This document shows positions 9,471-20,024 of a stretch of DNA of 64,000 nt, piece by piece. Below the pieces are notes generated by a model. The model saw nothing but the letters and a program-made list of their open reading frames with translations, was not told the origin of the DNA and ran no database searches. The stretch spans positions 2,347 to 66,346 of the forward strand of contig CAZCSM010000006.1 of assembly GCA_964501355.1 (NCBI GenBank), read 5' to 3'. This DNA is from an uncultured Candidatus Saccharibacteria bacterium (GTDB taxonomy: Bacteria; Patescibacteriota; Dojkabacteria; CAZCSM01). The position numbers and the translations under genes are program-made. Every line of letters starts with the position of its first letter. The first letter of the stretch is position 1.

Positions 9471-10634
9471 ATGAAGATTAAAAAAATATCGCCTACATTT
9501 TTAACTTTTCTTGCGGGTTCTGCGACAACGTTTCTCTTAATTATTTCAATCTTCGGATCAAGTGTCTTTATCTTATCTCGAGGAGATAATTGGAATAAGT
9601 TTCTAGAACTGTTAAATTTACATGATAGTGTTACTGGTTCATTATCACAAACTCAAACTATATTAAATGAGGAATCCTCTATAATAGATGTCGTTTCAAA
9701 CGCAAGTTCAGCCGTCGTTAGCATTGCGGTTGAGCAGGTTGAATTCAGTCCTGTTTTGGGGCCACAGAATTCAGAGGATAATATTGGAACAGGATTTATA
9801 GTTACAGCTGAGGGTTTGATTGTAACCAATCAACATGTTGTTTCAGATCAAAAAGCTACTTACTCTGTAACGACTCAAGACAAAAAGACCTATGATGTTA
9901 CGAACATTTATCGTGATGAGGTCAATGATATTGCTTTAGTTAAGATTGATACTGCAGGAGATGAACTTCCATTTGTTGAGCTTGGAGATTCTGATGCGTT
10001 GAAAGTTGGTCAAATGGTTGTTGCAATCGGAACCCCTCTTGGAGATTATCCGGGTTCTGTAACAACAGGAATTGTAAGCGGTCTTGAAAGAACTGTTGAA
10101 ATCGGGTCCGGCTTCTGGTCGTCGTCAAAGGAATATGAAGGAGTAATTCAGACTGATGCTGCAATCAATCCTGGGAATTCCGGCGGTCCATTACTGAACT
10201 CAGCTGGTCAAGCAGTCGGAATCAATTTCGCAACGACATCCGGCGCAGATAATATTTCTTTTGCGATTCCAATTAACATTCTGAAGCAGAGGCTGGATGA
10301 CTTTGAAGCTCGTGGTGGTAAATTTGTCAAACCTTATTTAGGTGTTTCATATCAGCTTGTTGACGAATATGATGCTCTTCGTTTTCGTGTTCCGACGGGG
10401 GCTTTCATCGAAGATCTTGAAGAAGATGGTCCTGCTGAAAAGGGTGGAATTAGAGCTGGTGATATTGTTGTCGAGATGAATGGGAAAGATGTTTCAGGTG
10501 GATTACAAAATGTGATAATGACTTTTAATCCAGGAGAATCTGTTGAAATAAAGGTTTGGAGAAAAACAGGTGAAGACTACAGCGAAGGTGAATATATCGA
10601 TTTGAATGTCGAACTGGGTGAGGTAGAAGGCTAG
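9471..10634 (+). CDS. HtrA/DegP-type serine protease (trypsin + PDZ)
   Basis: GTGFIV, VTNQHV, DIALVKI, IQTDAAINPGNSGGPL, and a C-terminal PDZ. Confidence 0.94.
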   Translation: MKIKKISPTFLTFLAGSATTFLLIISIFGSSVFILSRGDNWNKFLELLNLHDSVTGSLSQTQTILNEESSIIDVVSNASSAVVSIAVEQVEFSPVLGPQNSEDNIGTGFIVTAEGLIVTNQHVVSDQKATYSVTTQDKKTYDVTNIYRDEVNDIALVKIDTAGDELPFVELGDSDALKVGQMVVAIGTPLGDYPGSVTTGIVSGLERTVEIGSGFWSSSKEYEGVIQTDAAINPGNSGGPLLNSAGQAVGINFATTSGADNISFAIPINILKQRLDDFEARGGKFVKPYLGVSYQLVDEYDALRFRVPTGAFIEDLEEDGPAEKGGIRAGDIVVEMNGKDVSGGLQNVIMTFNPGESVEIKVWRKTGEDYSEGEYIDLNVELGEVEG

Positions 10635-11497
10635 TTGTTTTCAATTCTTATGAATCTATCAAAATTGGCGTAATCTTTGATTACGTCAATTTTACTTTTA
10701 GGAAAGTACTTTTTCGCTATCTCAGCAACAGATTCTCCTTGATCATGATTAATCTCAAGCAGGATTAACGACCTCTCTTTCATCTTATTTAATGCTTGTT
10801 TCAGAAGCCTTTCAATCAGTTCATAACCATTATTCCCACCGACAAGTGCTTGTTTTGGTTCAAATTTAACAACATTTTTTTCGAGAGTCAAATATTCCCT
10901 TTGTGGAATGTAGGGGAGATTTGATACCAATAGATCAATCTTAGTATCTATTTTTTCAAGTAGATGGCTTTCAACAAATTCAATCTTTATTTCCCTTTTC
11001 GGAAAATTAGATTCGTAATTCTGTTTTGCTATTTTCAATGCCTCTTTTGAAATATCCGTAGCAAGAAGTTGTCTATTACCCTCAGCTTCTTGTTTTTGCA
11101 ACTCCTTTGCAATTGTAATGATAATACATCCGCTTCCCGTCCCAACATCTACAATTGAATTTACTTGGTTTTTTTGAATATATTTTAGTGCTTCTTCAAC
11201 CAACAATTCAGTTTCTGGCCGAGGTATTAGAACATAGTTGTTTACAATAAAGTTGTAATCATAAAAAGTTTTATTTCCGATAATGTATGCAATCGGCTCC
11301 TGTTTACTTCTTCTGTCAATGAGTTTCTCAAATTCGTTCACATCTCGCTCCGATAATTGGTAATCAGGATTTGCAGAAATAAAGACTCTATCTTTTCCAA
11401 TTATATGTGAGAGTAAGATTTCAAGATCCAATAATGGAGTGGGGGACCAATCAACTTTTGGGAGAGATTGTTTAATTGCGTTACTTATTGTTGTCAT
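10631..11497 (-). CDS. prmC: Release factor glutamine methyltransferase (start placed at ATG 11497)
   Basis: [26 protein letters not shown] and SNLPYI motifs; downstream of prfA. Confidence 0.93.
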   Translation of the reverse strand: MTTISNAIKQSLPKVDWSPTPLLDLEILLSHIIGKDRVFISANPDYQLSERDVNEFEKLIDRRSKQEPIAYIIGNKTFYDYNFIVNNYVLIPRPETELLVEEALKYIQKNQVNSIVDVGTGSGCIIITIAKELQKQEAEGNRQLLATDISKEALKIAKQNYESNFPKREIKIEFVESHLLEKIDTKIDLLVSNLPYIPQREYLTLEKNVVKFEPKQALVGGNNGYELIERLLKQALNKMKERSLILLEINHDQGESVAEIAKKYFPKSKIDVIKDYANFDRFIRIENN

Positions 11498-12578
11498 CAA
11501 GTCTTTGCTTTCGAGCTTTTTCCTTGGCAACTTGTTTAAGTTCCTCAATAATCGGTTCTATTTCGCCTTCCATTATCTTTGGTAAGTTGTGCCAACTGAC
11601 TTTAATCCTATGATCAGTAACCCGATCTTGTGGGTAATTGTATGTTCGAATTTTCTCTGATCTATCACCTGTTCCAATTTGTGCACGTCTTGCATCTCCG
11701 CGTTCTTTGAACAATTTCTCCTGTTCGAGTTCGTATAGTCGGCTTTGCAGAACCTTCATTGCAGCAATCTTGTTTTTAAGTTGGGATTTTCGATCCTGAC
11801 AACTTACGACAAGTCCTGTTGGTAAGTGAGTGATTCGAACGGCAGAGTCTGTTGTGTTAACGCACTGTCCACCGGCACCGGTTGCTCTGTACACATCGAT
11901 TTTTAAATCCGAAGGATTAATTTCGACTTCAACATCTTCCTGTTCAGCAAGAACCGCGACCGTTGCTGTCGAAGTGTGAATTCTTCCAGCACTTTCCGTT
12001 GAAGGGACTCTTTGTACTCTATGTACACCGCTCTCGTACTTCAATGCTCCGTATGCACCATCGCCTTCTATCATCATTGAAACTTCCTTAAAACCTCCAG
12101 TTTCAGTCTTATTCGAATTCAAAAGCTCAACTGTCCAGTTTTGCATTTCTGCATATTTTGTAAACATTCTGAATAAATCTGCAGCAAATAATGCGGCTTC
12201 TTCACCACCGGTTCCCGCACGAATTTCCATGATAGCATTGTTGTCCTCATTCGGATCTTTTTCCTCAGTCAAATCTTCAATCTTTTTCTCAGCGAGTTTT
12301 AAATTTGCTTGTAGCTCTGCAGATTCTTCCTGTGCAAGAAGACGCATTTCCTCATCATCAGTTTCTGATAACAATAACTGAGAGTTCTCAAGATCTTTTG
12401 TGTATTTTTGGTAAAGATTACAAGCATCTATTATCTCCTGGTTTTTGGAAACCTCTTTGCTTAGTTTTTTTATAAGCTTCGGATTCGAAAGAACTTCTTG
12501 TGAAGCTAGTTGCTCATTCAATTTTCTGTTTTTTTCAATGTACTCTTGTACGTCGATATCCATATGATTATCTCTCAA
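11481..12578 (-). CDS. prfA: Peptide chain release factor 1
   Basis: [28 protein letters not shown] (PxT), [21 protein letters not shown]. Confidence 0.97.
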   Translation of the reverse strand: MRDNHMDIDVQEYIEKNRKLNEQLASQEVLSNPKLIKKLSKEVSKNQEIIDACNLYQKYTKDLENSQLLLSETDDEEMRLLAQEESAELQANLKLAEKKIEDLTEEKDPNEDNNAIMEIRAGTGGEEAALFAADLFRMFTKYAEMQNWTVELLNSNKTETGGFKEVSMMIEGDGAYGALKYESGVHRVQRVPSTESAGRIHTSTATVAVLAEQEDVEVEINPSDLKIDVYRATGAGGQCVNTTDSAVRITHLPTGLVVSCQDRKSQLKNKIAAMKVLQSRLYELEQEKLFKERGDARRAQIGTGDRSEKIRTYNYPQDRVTDHRIKVSWHNLPKIMEGEIEPIIEELKQVAKEKARKQRLDDNNK

Positions 12579-12594
12579 TATTCTTCATTATAAC

Positions 12595-12622
12595 AAAAAG
12601 CTCACATAATAAATATGTGAGC
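12595..12622 (-). terminator. Probable intrinsic terminator after rpmE
   Basis: GCTCACATA-ataaa-TATGTGAGC stem. AAAAA on the + strand gives a U-tail on the - strand. Confidence 0.55.
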
Positions 12623-12644
12623 CTTGAAAATCGTAAAAGTGAAA

Positions 12645-12968
12645 CTAAGACATTTGTGCAAGCATATCTTTTAGTGTAACTTCCTTCTGTCCGTTACTGG
12701 AAGAAATTGCACTTTTTTGAGATCTCTTTGCTGCTCTTTTATCTCGTCTATTAACAACGGTTTCTTTTGCACCTTTCTTTCTCTCTTCAAATTTCTTTAC
12801 TAGAGATGCGGTGTCAACAATTCTAAGTTTTCCTGTATAAAAGGGATGACATTTTGAACAGATTTCAACTTTGATTTCGTCTTTGATTGAACCAGTTGTA
12901 AAAGTGTTTCCACAAACGCAAGTTACCTTGGCATCGGTGTTAAATTTTGGATGGATATTTGCTTTCAT
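12645..12968 (-). CDS. rpmE: 50S ribosomal protein L31 (zinc-type) with C-terminal extension
   Basis: [25 protein letters not shown]. Confidence 0.95.
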   Translation of the reverse strand: MKANIHPKFNTDAKVTCVCGNTFTTGSIKDEIKVEICSKCHPFYTGKLRIVDTASLVKKFEERKKGAKETVVNRRDKRAAKRSQKSAISSSNGQKEVTLKDMLAQMS

Positions 12969-13089
12969 AATTCTATAATAAAACCTTAAGTGCTCAATTG
13001 CAAATGGAGTATAGCATATACATTATTAACATACAAGAAGTTAAAACCTACGAATTGCTCTTTTCATTAAATCATTAAATTATAAAAAA

Positions 13090-13119
13090 TTGACATCACT
13101 ATATTACCAAATGTACAAT
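13090..13119 (+). promoter_or_regulatory. Sigma70-type promoter of the csoR-like gene
   Basis: TTGACA (13090-13095), 18-nt spacer, TACAAT (13114-13119). Confidence 0.6.
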
Positions 13120-13133
13120 ACATGGTAGGGTAT
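13118..13133. promoter_or_regulatory. Putative CsoR/RcnR-type operator
   Basis: ATAC-ATGGTAGG-GTAT (TAC-N8-GTA with a G-rich centre). It overlaps the -10/+1 region directly upstream of a CsoR-family gene. Confidence 0.6.
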
Positions 13134-13151
13134 ATTTAAGACAAACAAATC

Positions 13152-13376
13152 ATGACAAACGCTGCCCAGAAACAGATCGTTAACCGCCTCCATCGGATTG
13201 AGGGCCAAGTGAGGGGTATAGAAAAAATGTTAGATGGTGATGAACAGGTAGAGAATGTACTGATGCAACTTGATGCAATAAAAGCAGGTGTTGATTCTCT
13301 GAAGCGTAACTACGTAAAAGAACACGTAAGGTCAACTCTATATGAGGAATTTGAATCGATATTAAAACTTATTTAG
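13152..13376 (+). CDS. CsoR/RcnR-family transcriptional repressor (no Cys)
   Basis: NRLHRIEGQVRGIEKML...VLMQLDAI...EH signature. Confidence 0.88.
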   Translation: MTNAAQKQIVNRLHRIEGQVRGIEKMLDGDEQVENVLMQLDAIKAGVDSLKRNYVKEHVRSTLYEEFESILKLI

Positions 13377-13392
13377 AACAAGGATTCGAACA

Positions 13393-14067
13393 ATGAAAGA
13401 AATAATTCCAGAGAAGAAAGCTCGAAAAGCAACTGAGCAGAAAGTTTCTCCTAAAATTAATGTTTCAAAAAAGAAACTTGAGAAGCTCAAACGAATATTA
13501 CCTATTTTAGGATTAATAATCGGTTTGTTTCTCATCATTTATCCGTTTCTACCGGGAATAATCTTCTTTTTTCAGGGTACCAAAGACAAGCCTTTGGAAT
13601 TACCATACAAATCGGTAATCGCAGAGAAGGTTGGTTCCGGGGATGATTTCTTGGAAGTTGATAAACCAATTCCTCTTGATAATACATTGGTTATACCGAA
13701 AATTGGAGTTGATGTTCAAATTGTTGAGGGAAGCACAGAAGATGCCTTACTTCGTGGTGCTTGGCATAGACCCGGAACGGGTAATCCTGTATCTGGTGGG
13801 AACTATGTTGTTACTGGGCATCGTTTCAGATACGTACCTCCAAACAATACAACCTTCTATAGTCTAGATAAACTTGAGGCTGGCGATTTGATAATTGTTT
13901 ATTATGAGGGACAAGAATTCGATTATAAAGTTGAGGAAATACTTATAGTCGAGCCGGAGGATTTGCAAGTTGAAGATGATTTAGGGTATGATGTTCTTAC
14001 CCTATACACCTGCACACCTCTTTGGACTAGTTCCAAGCGACTTGTGATTCGTGCACTGCCAATATAG
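13393..14067 (+). CDS. Sortase
   Basis: N-terminal TM anchor, IPKIGVD, GNYVVTGHR (His), LTLYTCTP (Cys), KRLVIRA (Arg). Confidence 0.92.
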   Translation: MKEIIPEKKARKATEQKVSPKINVSKKKLEKLKRILPILGLIIGLFLIIYPFLPGIIFFFQGTKDKPLELPYKSVIAEKVGSGDDFLEVDKPIPLDNTLVIPKIGVDVQIVEGSTEDALLRGAWHRPGTGNPVSGGNYVVTGHRFRYVPPNNTTFYSLDKLEAGDLIIVYYEGQEFDYKVEEILIVEPEDLQVEDDLGYDVLTLYTCTPLWTSSKRLVIRALPI

Positions 14068-14094
14068 TTTTTATTATTTTTTCTATTCGTTACT

Positions 14095-14760
14095 ATGAAT
14101 ATTACATATTTGGGTCATTTATCCGTGGCAATCAAATCTAAAAATGCTTCGGTCGTTTTTAATCCATTTGATAAATCTGCAATCGGGTTTAATTGTAAAA
14201 AAACAGAATCAGACATAGTTTTGTCATCGGATGATTCTCCTGCATGTATGGATTATTCAAAGGTGTCCGAAAATAGTTACATTGTCAATGGTCCCGGGGA
14301 ATATGAGGTAAAGGGCGTTATGATTCTTGGTTTTCCAATGATGGAAAAAGAATCCGCAGAATCAGAAAAAATGGTAAATAGAAATACAATTTATCGACTT
14401 GAAATCGCTGGCGTTAATGTGTGTCATCTTGGTTCTCTTAAAAGAAAGTTGACAGATGATGAGATTGATGAACTCGGATCTATCGACGTTCTAATTCTAC
14501 CTGTTGGTAATGACAAATTTGTTGATAGTAAGGTTGCAGCCGATGTCGTAAATAAAATAGAGCCTGCTATTGTAATTCCTGTTGCGTATCAAGATCCTGA
14601 ATATTCGAAAGAATACTCAGAACTATCAACATCTGATAAGTTTCTTGAAGCAATGGGGGCATCGAAACCAGAGACTGAATCATATCTGAAAATTAAAAAG
14701 GGAGATATTGATACCGAAGGTGAGGGAACTCGGGTTGTTATTTTAGAACGAAAATCATAA
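14095..14760 (+). CDS. MBL-fold protein (lactamase_B_3-like), metal ligands apparently degenerate
   Basis: MNITYLGH, NGPGEYEVKGV, VCHLGSL, DVLILPVG, IEPAIVIP. The HxHxDH motif is replaced by SSDDSPAC. Confidence 0.8.
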   Translation: MNITYLGHLSVAIKSKNASVVFNPFDKSAIGFNCKKTESDIVLSSDDSPACMDYSKVSENSYIVNGPGEYEVKGVMILGFPMMEKESAESEKMVNRNTIYRLEIAGVNVCHLGSLKRKLTDDEIDELGSIDVLILPVGNDKFVDSKVAADVVNKIEPAIVIPVAYQDPEYSKEYSELSTSDKFLEAMGASKPETESYLKIKKGDIDTEGEGTRVVILERKS

Positions 14761-14769
14761 ATATTCACT

Positions 14770-16092
14770 ATGTCAGCAAAAGTTCCTCCAAATGATTTAG
14801 AGGCAGAGCAGTCGTTAATCGGTTCAATCTTTTTGGATCAAAATAGCATAATTAAGGTTGCTGATATTGTTCATCCGGAACTCTTCTATAATCCTGCGCA
14901 CAGAGAAATTTTTTCGGTTATTGTTGAACTTTTTGAAGAGCGCAAGCCTCTTGATATTGTTACGGTCTCAAATGCCTTAAAGAAAAAAAAGTTATTAGCA
15001 AAAACTGGTGGTTCAGCATACCTTACAAAACTTGTTAACAGTGTTCCAACGGCATCTCATGTTGAGGAATATGCTTCGATTGTAAAAGAAGCTGGTCTTC
15101 GACGAAGGCTAATTGAAACGGCTGCATTGATAAACGAGGAGGCCTTCAATGAAGATGAATCGATTGGTACCGTTCTTGATACGGCGGAAAAATCTCTATT
15201 CGACATCTCTCGAGGCAGTTTGAAGAAGGGCTTCGTTTCTGCAAGGTCTCTGCTCAAGGAAACATATGAAAGGGCTGCTGATGCGGATAAAAGCAAAGAA
15301 CTATTAGGGATTCCAAGTGGTTTTCGTGATTTGGATAAATTGTTAGGTGGTTTCCAACCTTCCGATTTAATTATTCTTGCGGCAAGACCTTCTGTCGGTA
15401 AAACTGCATTGTCACTAGATATTGCTCTAAATGCCGCAGTTCATGCGAAGAAGAAAGTTGGTTATTTCTCTCTTGAAATGTCTGACCAGCAGTTGATGGA
15501 GCGCTTGTTATCAATGCAAGCGAAGGTAAGTTTCTGGGATTTAAGAACGGGGCAGCTTCGTGATGATGCGTTTGAACGACTCGCAGATGCGATGGGACTT
15601 CTTTCAGAAGCCGAGCTCTTTATCGACGATACTCCAGGTCAGCATATCATGGAAATTCGTACTAAAGCTCGTCGTCTCCAGATGGAACATGGTGTTGATT
15701 TCATAGTTATCGATTATATGCAGCTTATTCACGGTAGTAGAACAGAAAATCGCGTTCTAGAAGTTTCTGAGATTTCCATGTCTCTTAAGAATATTGCGAG
15801 GGAACTAAATATCCCTGTTCTTGCATTGTCACAGTTATCTCGTGCTGTAGAAAGCCGTGATGGGAGAAGACCTCAGCTTTCTGATTTGAGAGATTCAGGT
15901 TCAATCGAACAGGATGCTGATGTTGTTATGTTTATTCATCGAGAAGATCGATATAATCCTGATACGGATCGAAAAGGCATTGCAGACGTTTTGGTTGCAA
16001 AGCATAGAAATGGTCCTGTCGGAGATATTGAACTTTCCTTTGTTCAGGAACAAGCGCGTTTCGCCAACTTGGAGAAGAGGCGATCTGAATAG
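14770..16092 (+). CDS. dnaB: Replicative DNA helicase
   Basis: PPNDLEAEQ, ILAARPSVGKT, FSLEM, IDYMQLI, LSQLSR, DLRDSGSIEQDAD, AKHRNGP. No intein. Confidence 0.97.
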   Translation: MSAKVPPNDLEAEQSLIGSIFLDQNSIIKVADIVHPELFYNPAHREIFSVIVELFEERKPLDIVTVSNALKKKKLLAKTGGSAYLTKLVNSVPTASHVEEYASIVKEAGLRRRLIETAALINEEAFNEDESIGTVLDTAEKSLFDISRGSLKKGFVSARSLLKETYERAADADKSKELLGIPSGFRDLDKLLGGFQPSDLIILAARPSVGKTALSLDIALNAAVHAKKKVGYFSLEMSDQQLMERLLSMQAKVSFWDLRTGQLRDDAFERLADAMGLLSEAELFIDDTPGQHIMEIRTKARRLQMEHGVDFIVIDYMQLIHGSRTENRVLEVSEISMSLKNIARELNIPVLALSQLSRAVESRDGRRPQLSDLRDSGSIEQDADVVMFIHREDRYNPDTDRKGIADVLVAKHRNGPVGDIELSFVQEQARFANLEKRRSE

Positions 16093-16140
16093 TTATTGAT
16101 TGCCGGTCTTTTTTAAGGTAAAATACGTGCAATCTCCAAT

Positions 16141-16230
16141 GCCGGAGTGATGGAACTGGTAGACATGCGGGACTCAAAATCCCGTGGGACTTATACTCCC
16201 GTGAGGGTTCGATTCCCTCCTTCGGCACCA
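16141..16230 (+). tRNA. tRNA-Leu(CAA)
   Basis: Acceptor GCCGGAG/CTTCGGC-A-CCA, D loop GGAACTGGTAGAC, anticodon arm CGGGA-CTCAAAA-TCCCG, long variable arm, T arm GAGGGTTCGATTCCCTC. Confidence 0.96.
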
Positions 16231-16352
16231 AAAATCTCAAATAGAAATCTCCAGATGAATTGCTACTTTTATTTAGTTTTGGATTGGCTTTTACCGCTAT
16301 TTATTGGTAAAATCCCAGTATTGATATTTTATTTTATGTTTTGATAATCATC

Positions 16353-16916
16353 ATGGCAGTATTATCTAATACAGAATTGCGAAACGGTGTGGTTTATACG
16401 GAAGGTGGAGAAACCTTTATTGTTTTAAAATATGAGCACAATAAACAGGGAAGGGGAAGTGCAACTGTAAAGGTAAAAGTAAAAAATATTAAAACAGGAG
16501 CAATTACTATTAAGTCATATAAAGGTGGAGATAAAGTAGAGTCTGCTGATGTTACCGCTGAGAATGCACAGTACCTATATGATGACGGAACGGATGCTTA
16601 TTTCATGAATGAGGAAACATTCGATCAGTATACTATTCCTCTTGATATGATTGAAGAGGAATCAGGTTTTCTGAAAGAAGGTCAAAAGGTCTTCGTAAAG
16701 AAATTAGAAGATGAACCAATTTCATTAGAGCTGCCGAAGAAGATTGAACTTGTTGTAGAGTATACCGAGCCAGCAGTGGCTGGAAATACTTCAAGTGGTG
16801 CAATGAAAGTTGCTAAGTTGGAAACAGGCAAGGAGATTAATGTTCCTTTGTTCGTTTCTATTGGAGATACAATCATTGTAAATACTGAAACAAAAGAATA
16901 TGTTGGTAGAAAATAA
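16353..16916 (+). CDS. efp: Elongation factor P (start placed at ATG 16353)
   Basis: HNKQGRGSATVKVK, QYLY.DG..YFM..ETFDQ, TEPAVAGNT, ETG..I.VPLFV..GD.I.V.T...EY..R. Confidence 0.94.
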   Translation: MAVLSNTELRNGVVYTEGGETFIVLKYEHNKQGRGSATVKVKVKNIKTGAITIKSYKGGDKVESADVTAENAQYLYDDGTDAYFMNEETFDQYTIPLDMIEEESGFLKEGQKVFVKKLEDEPISLELPKKIELVVEYTEPAVAGNTSSGAMKVAKLETGKEINVPLFVSIGDTIIVNTETKEYVGRK

Positions 16917-17509
16917 TGAATTTGTTAATAGATCTAATAGAGTTTAATATGGAAATCCCTTATCTGCTCGTTTTCGCAATACTTGCTATGGGTGTCGTTT
17001 TCCTATGGATATCTCTTGTGATTTGGGTTTGGTTTGATTCAAATAAATATTTCCAATCATTTGTCTTTCGATTCTTTTTCGCATTTACAACCTTGGTTTT
17101 TGGATTCATCGGTCTGATTGTTTACCTTTTGTTTCGGTATAGCAGATTGGAGAACAATGGAGCTATTCAAGGTGAATCTGAACTAGAGAGTCTCGGAATT
17201 CACCTTTGTTCAAGATGCAACGCCGCCAATTCTATTGAAAATCATTTCTGTCGCAAATGTGGTTTTCGTTTACAAAAAAAATGTAAGGGTTGTAATAGCT
17301 ATGTCGGCGTCGAGGATTCATTCTGTTTTGAATGTGGTGCTGCACTAAAAAAGGAAGTTTATAGTCCAGTCCAAAAAAATAAGGTAGAAAATTTTGCACA
17401 ATTAGGATATATTAGAGATGTGTTTTCTAAGACTTTTGCATCTTTGATCTCTTTCTTCAAAGCGAAGAAAAGCAAGAACCACAAGAACAAAAAAGCACAA
17501 AACTCGTAG
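16916..17509 (+). CDS. Membrane protein with double zinc-ribbon domain
   Basis: Two TM segments followed by CSRC, FCRKCG, CKGC and FCFECG. Confidence 0.8.
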   Translation: MNLLIDLIEFNMEIPYLLVFAILAMGVVFLWISLVIWVWFDSNKYFQSFVFRFFFAFTTLVFGFIGLIVYLLFRYSRLENNGAIQGESELESLGIHLCSRCNAANSIENHFCRKCGFRLQKKCKGCNSYVGVEDSFCFECGAALKKEVYSPVQKNKVENFAQLGYIRDVFSKTFASLISFFKAKKSKNHKNKKAQNS

Positions 17510-17530
17510 ATATTCTTTATTGTGTGAAGT

Positions 17531-18817
17531 ATGAAAATTATTGAAAGATCCCTTAAGGGTGGTACTAAGCTTATCCTCGTTGATTTACCCGATTCGACTT
17601 CTATTACTGCTGCAATATTTGTGAAGGTAGGTTCTAGAATTGAGTCAAATTCTGAATCTGGAATCTCACATTTAATTGAGCATTGTATCTTCAAAGGCAG
17701 CAGAAAATTCCCGACACCGCAAATAATCTCCTTTAGTCTAGAAGGTTTAGGTGCGAGCATTGATGCCGGTACAAGTAAGGAATACACATATTATATGGTA
17801 AAGTCTGTTCGGGAGAATTTCCCCGCAGTTTTAGATATATTGTTGGATATTTACACAAATCCTTTGATGGAAGAGGATTCAGTTCAAAGAGAGAAGGGGG
17901 TTGTTCTTGAAGAAATTCGTATGTATCGAGATGATCCAACGGATGAAGTTTCGAAATTATTTACCCAAACTCTTTGGAAGAACCAGAGCTTAGGAAGAGA
18001 AATTTCCGGGAATATCACTACAGTAAAGTCATTGGGAGCGAAGGATTTGATGGAATTTATCCGCAAGAACTATACTCGCAAGAATACTCAAATTGTAATT
18101 TCCGGGAACTTAGATAATCTGGAAAATGTCTCTAGATCAATCGCCCAAAAACTTTCCGATTTGTCAGAAGAGCCAATTGGGTCTTTTACCGCCGCTGAAG
18201 AATCTCTTCTCCAAGATACGGTGGTTTATAAAAAGGATAAAGTAGAACAAACGCATTTGATTCTGGGAACGTACGGTGTTGGGTTAAATAATCCTGGCAA
18301 ATTTGCTGCTGCTGTTGGCAACACAATTTTAGGGCAGGGGATGGGATCGAAACTTTATCGGTCGATTCGTCATGAGCATGGTCTCGCATATTATATTAAC
18401 TCCGGAAATTTAAGCTATACGGATTCCGGTGCTTTATACATTCGAGCCGGAGTAGATCAAAAACGAATTTATCGGGCATTAGAGTCTATTGTACTTGAGA
18501 TAAATAGCATGATGTCGGGAGATTTCTCTGATGAAGAACTTCATCGTGCAAAACAAATGCTGAAGAGTGCTTTAACATTGGAATTAGATGGAAGTGATAG
18601 CATGGGACTCTATGTCGGTATTCAAAACTTGCTAGTCAAGGAGCCAATGAATATTGATGAAGTAAAAGCTGCGGTTGATGCTGTGAATAAATCAGACATT
18701 GTTCAGATCTTTCGATCAATTTTTTCTAAACCAATGTTACTCTCAATAATCTCCTCGAAGGATATTGAAGAGACAAAATTGCGAGATATTTTATCTCAAA
18801 TTGGTGATAATCAGTAA
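17531..18817 (+). CDS. M16 (pitrilysin-like) zinc peptidase
   Basis: GISHLIEHCIFKGS (HxxEH), EKGVVLEEI, SKLYRSIRHEHGLAY. Confidence 0.93.
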   Translation: MKIIERSLKGGTKLILVDLPDSTSITAAIFVKVGSRIESNSESGISHLIEHCIFKGSRKFPTPQIISFSLEGLGASIDAGTSKEYTYYMVKSVRENFPAVLDILLDIYTNPLMEEDSVQREKGVVLEEIRMYRDDPTDEVSKLFTQTLWKNQSLGREISGNITTVKSLGAKDLMEFIRKNYTRKNTQIVISGNLDNLENVSRSIAQKLSDLSEEPIGSFTAAEESLLQDTVVYKKDKVEQTHLILGTYGVGLNNPGKFAAAVGNTILGQGMGSKLYRSIRHEHGLAYYINSGNLSYTDSGALYIRAGVDQKRIYRALESIVLEINSMMSGDFSDEELHRAKQMLKSALTLELDGSDSMGLYVGIQNLLVKEPMNIDEVKAAVDAVNKSDIVQIFRSIFSKPMLLSIISSKDIEETKLRDILSQIGDNQ

Positions 18818-19692
18818 TGTCGGTTTTGACTTTTCTACAAGAAAATTCTTTTTTTTGGTTGCTATCTTCTTGGGCGATTATCTCATATTTGCTTTGGGAT
18901 ACTTACCGAAGGAACTTTGCTGGAAAGAACAGTTTCGATATTACGATAATCGGTTCTTTGTTAATCCTCTTTCTCCACAGAATATCTCACATTTTCGTTT
19001 TTGCGAAAGAATACCGGTCGAATTATTGGTCGTGGAATCCTATTGCTTGGGTAAATGGTGAAAAAATGTTCTTCGGCTCAAAGCCTTGGGTTATCTTTTC
19101 TTTCTGGTACAAAGGTTTCGACTTTAGGATCTTGCTCATCTGTGGTCTTTTGATTATATTCATTATTTCCAAACTCCAACAGATTTCTTTTTGGAAAATA
19201 ATAAATAGCTTGGCCAATACATTTTTCATATATTCTCCCGTTTTTTTTGTCTTATCATATTTCCAAAATTTAATTATTGGTTACAATACCGACAAGTTTT
19301 ATGGAGTTCCTTTTTGGGGTACGGAAGGTATGCGACATCCTGTACAAATTTACCTGTTAATAATTTGGTTCACCGTCCTACTTATATGGATATGGCTGAA
19401 TAGAAAATACAAATTGCTTGAAAATGTTGGCGGCTTAATACAGTTGGCAATCCTTCTCGTATGTTCATCATTTGTTCTTCAGTTCTTTGCTTATAATATT
19501 TCGCCTTTTGTGATAGATTGGTTAAGAATAGTGTCTGCACTTTCTGTTTTATTCGGAATTATTAGCATCTTTTTTGAAAGAGCTAACATTAAAGAGGATG
19601 CTCCTAAAGCACCAAATACAATAAATAGATTTACACCATTCAATAGTTCTAATTTAAATAAAAATCAAAACCGATGGACAAAGAAAAGATAA
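18817..19692 (+). CDS. Divergent prolipoprotein diacylglyceryl transferase (Lgt-like)
   Basis: Multi-TM protein with G..T...YGVPF...MRHPVQIY; close to a lspA-like gene. Confidence 0.65.
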   Translation: MSVLTFLQENSFFWLLSSWAIISYLLWDTYRRNFAGKNSFDITIIGSLLILFLHRISHIFVFAKEYRSNYWSWNPIAWVNGEKMFFGSKPWVIFSFWYKGFDFRILLICGLLIIFIISKLQQISFWKIINSLANTFFIYSPVFFVLSYFQNLIIGYNTDKFYGVPFWGTEGMRHPVQIYLLIIWFTVLLIWIWLNRKYKLLENVGGLIQLAILLVCSSFVLQFFAYNISPFVIDWLRIVSALSVLFGIISIFFERANIKEDAPKAPNTINRFTPFNSSNLNKNQNRWTKKR

Positions 19693-20024
19693 TGAAAATT
19701 CTCATCACTAAGAAGTCTGAATTAGAATCGCTTATCAACAGGGTTTCTTCTGAAGAGATGGTTGAGTCGGATAGTTGGAAAATGGTGAATGAAATCGGTG
19801 ACGAGGCAATGGAAGGGCAGGAGCTACTTTCAAAACAAGAGAAATTGGATAATCTGCAAAATATGTTGCGACGAACAGAACAGGCTATGGAAGATTTGAA
19901 TAGCGGTCGATATGGTATTTGTAACCGATGTGAGGAAGAAATCGATGAGGATCGATTAACTGCTCATCCGCATGCACAGTATTGTTTTAAGTGTCAAAGT
20001 CTTGTTGACGATCAAGAGGAATAA
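19674..20024 (+). CDS. TraR/DksA-family C4 zinc-finger protein
   Basis: Coiled coil followed by G.YGICNRCEEEIDEDRL.A.P.A.YCFKCQ. Confidence 0.88.
   Translation: MDKEKIMKILITKKSELESLINRVSSEEMVESDSWKMVNEIGDEAMEGQELLSKQEKLDNLQNMLRRTEQAMEDLNSGRYGICNRCEEEIDEDRLTAHPHAQYCFKCQSLVDDQEE

Noticed and set aside
16141-16340. tRNA-Leu as an integration site
   Set aside because: No duplicate of the tRNA 3' end was seen, and it is followed by the housekeeping gene efp.
15932-16344. ORFs 15932-16240(-) and 16147-16344(+)
   Set aside because: They are translations across the tRNA-Leu gene, not proteins.
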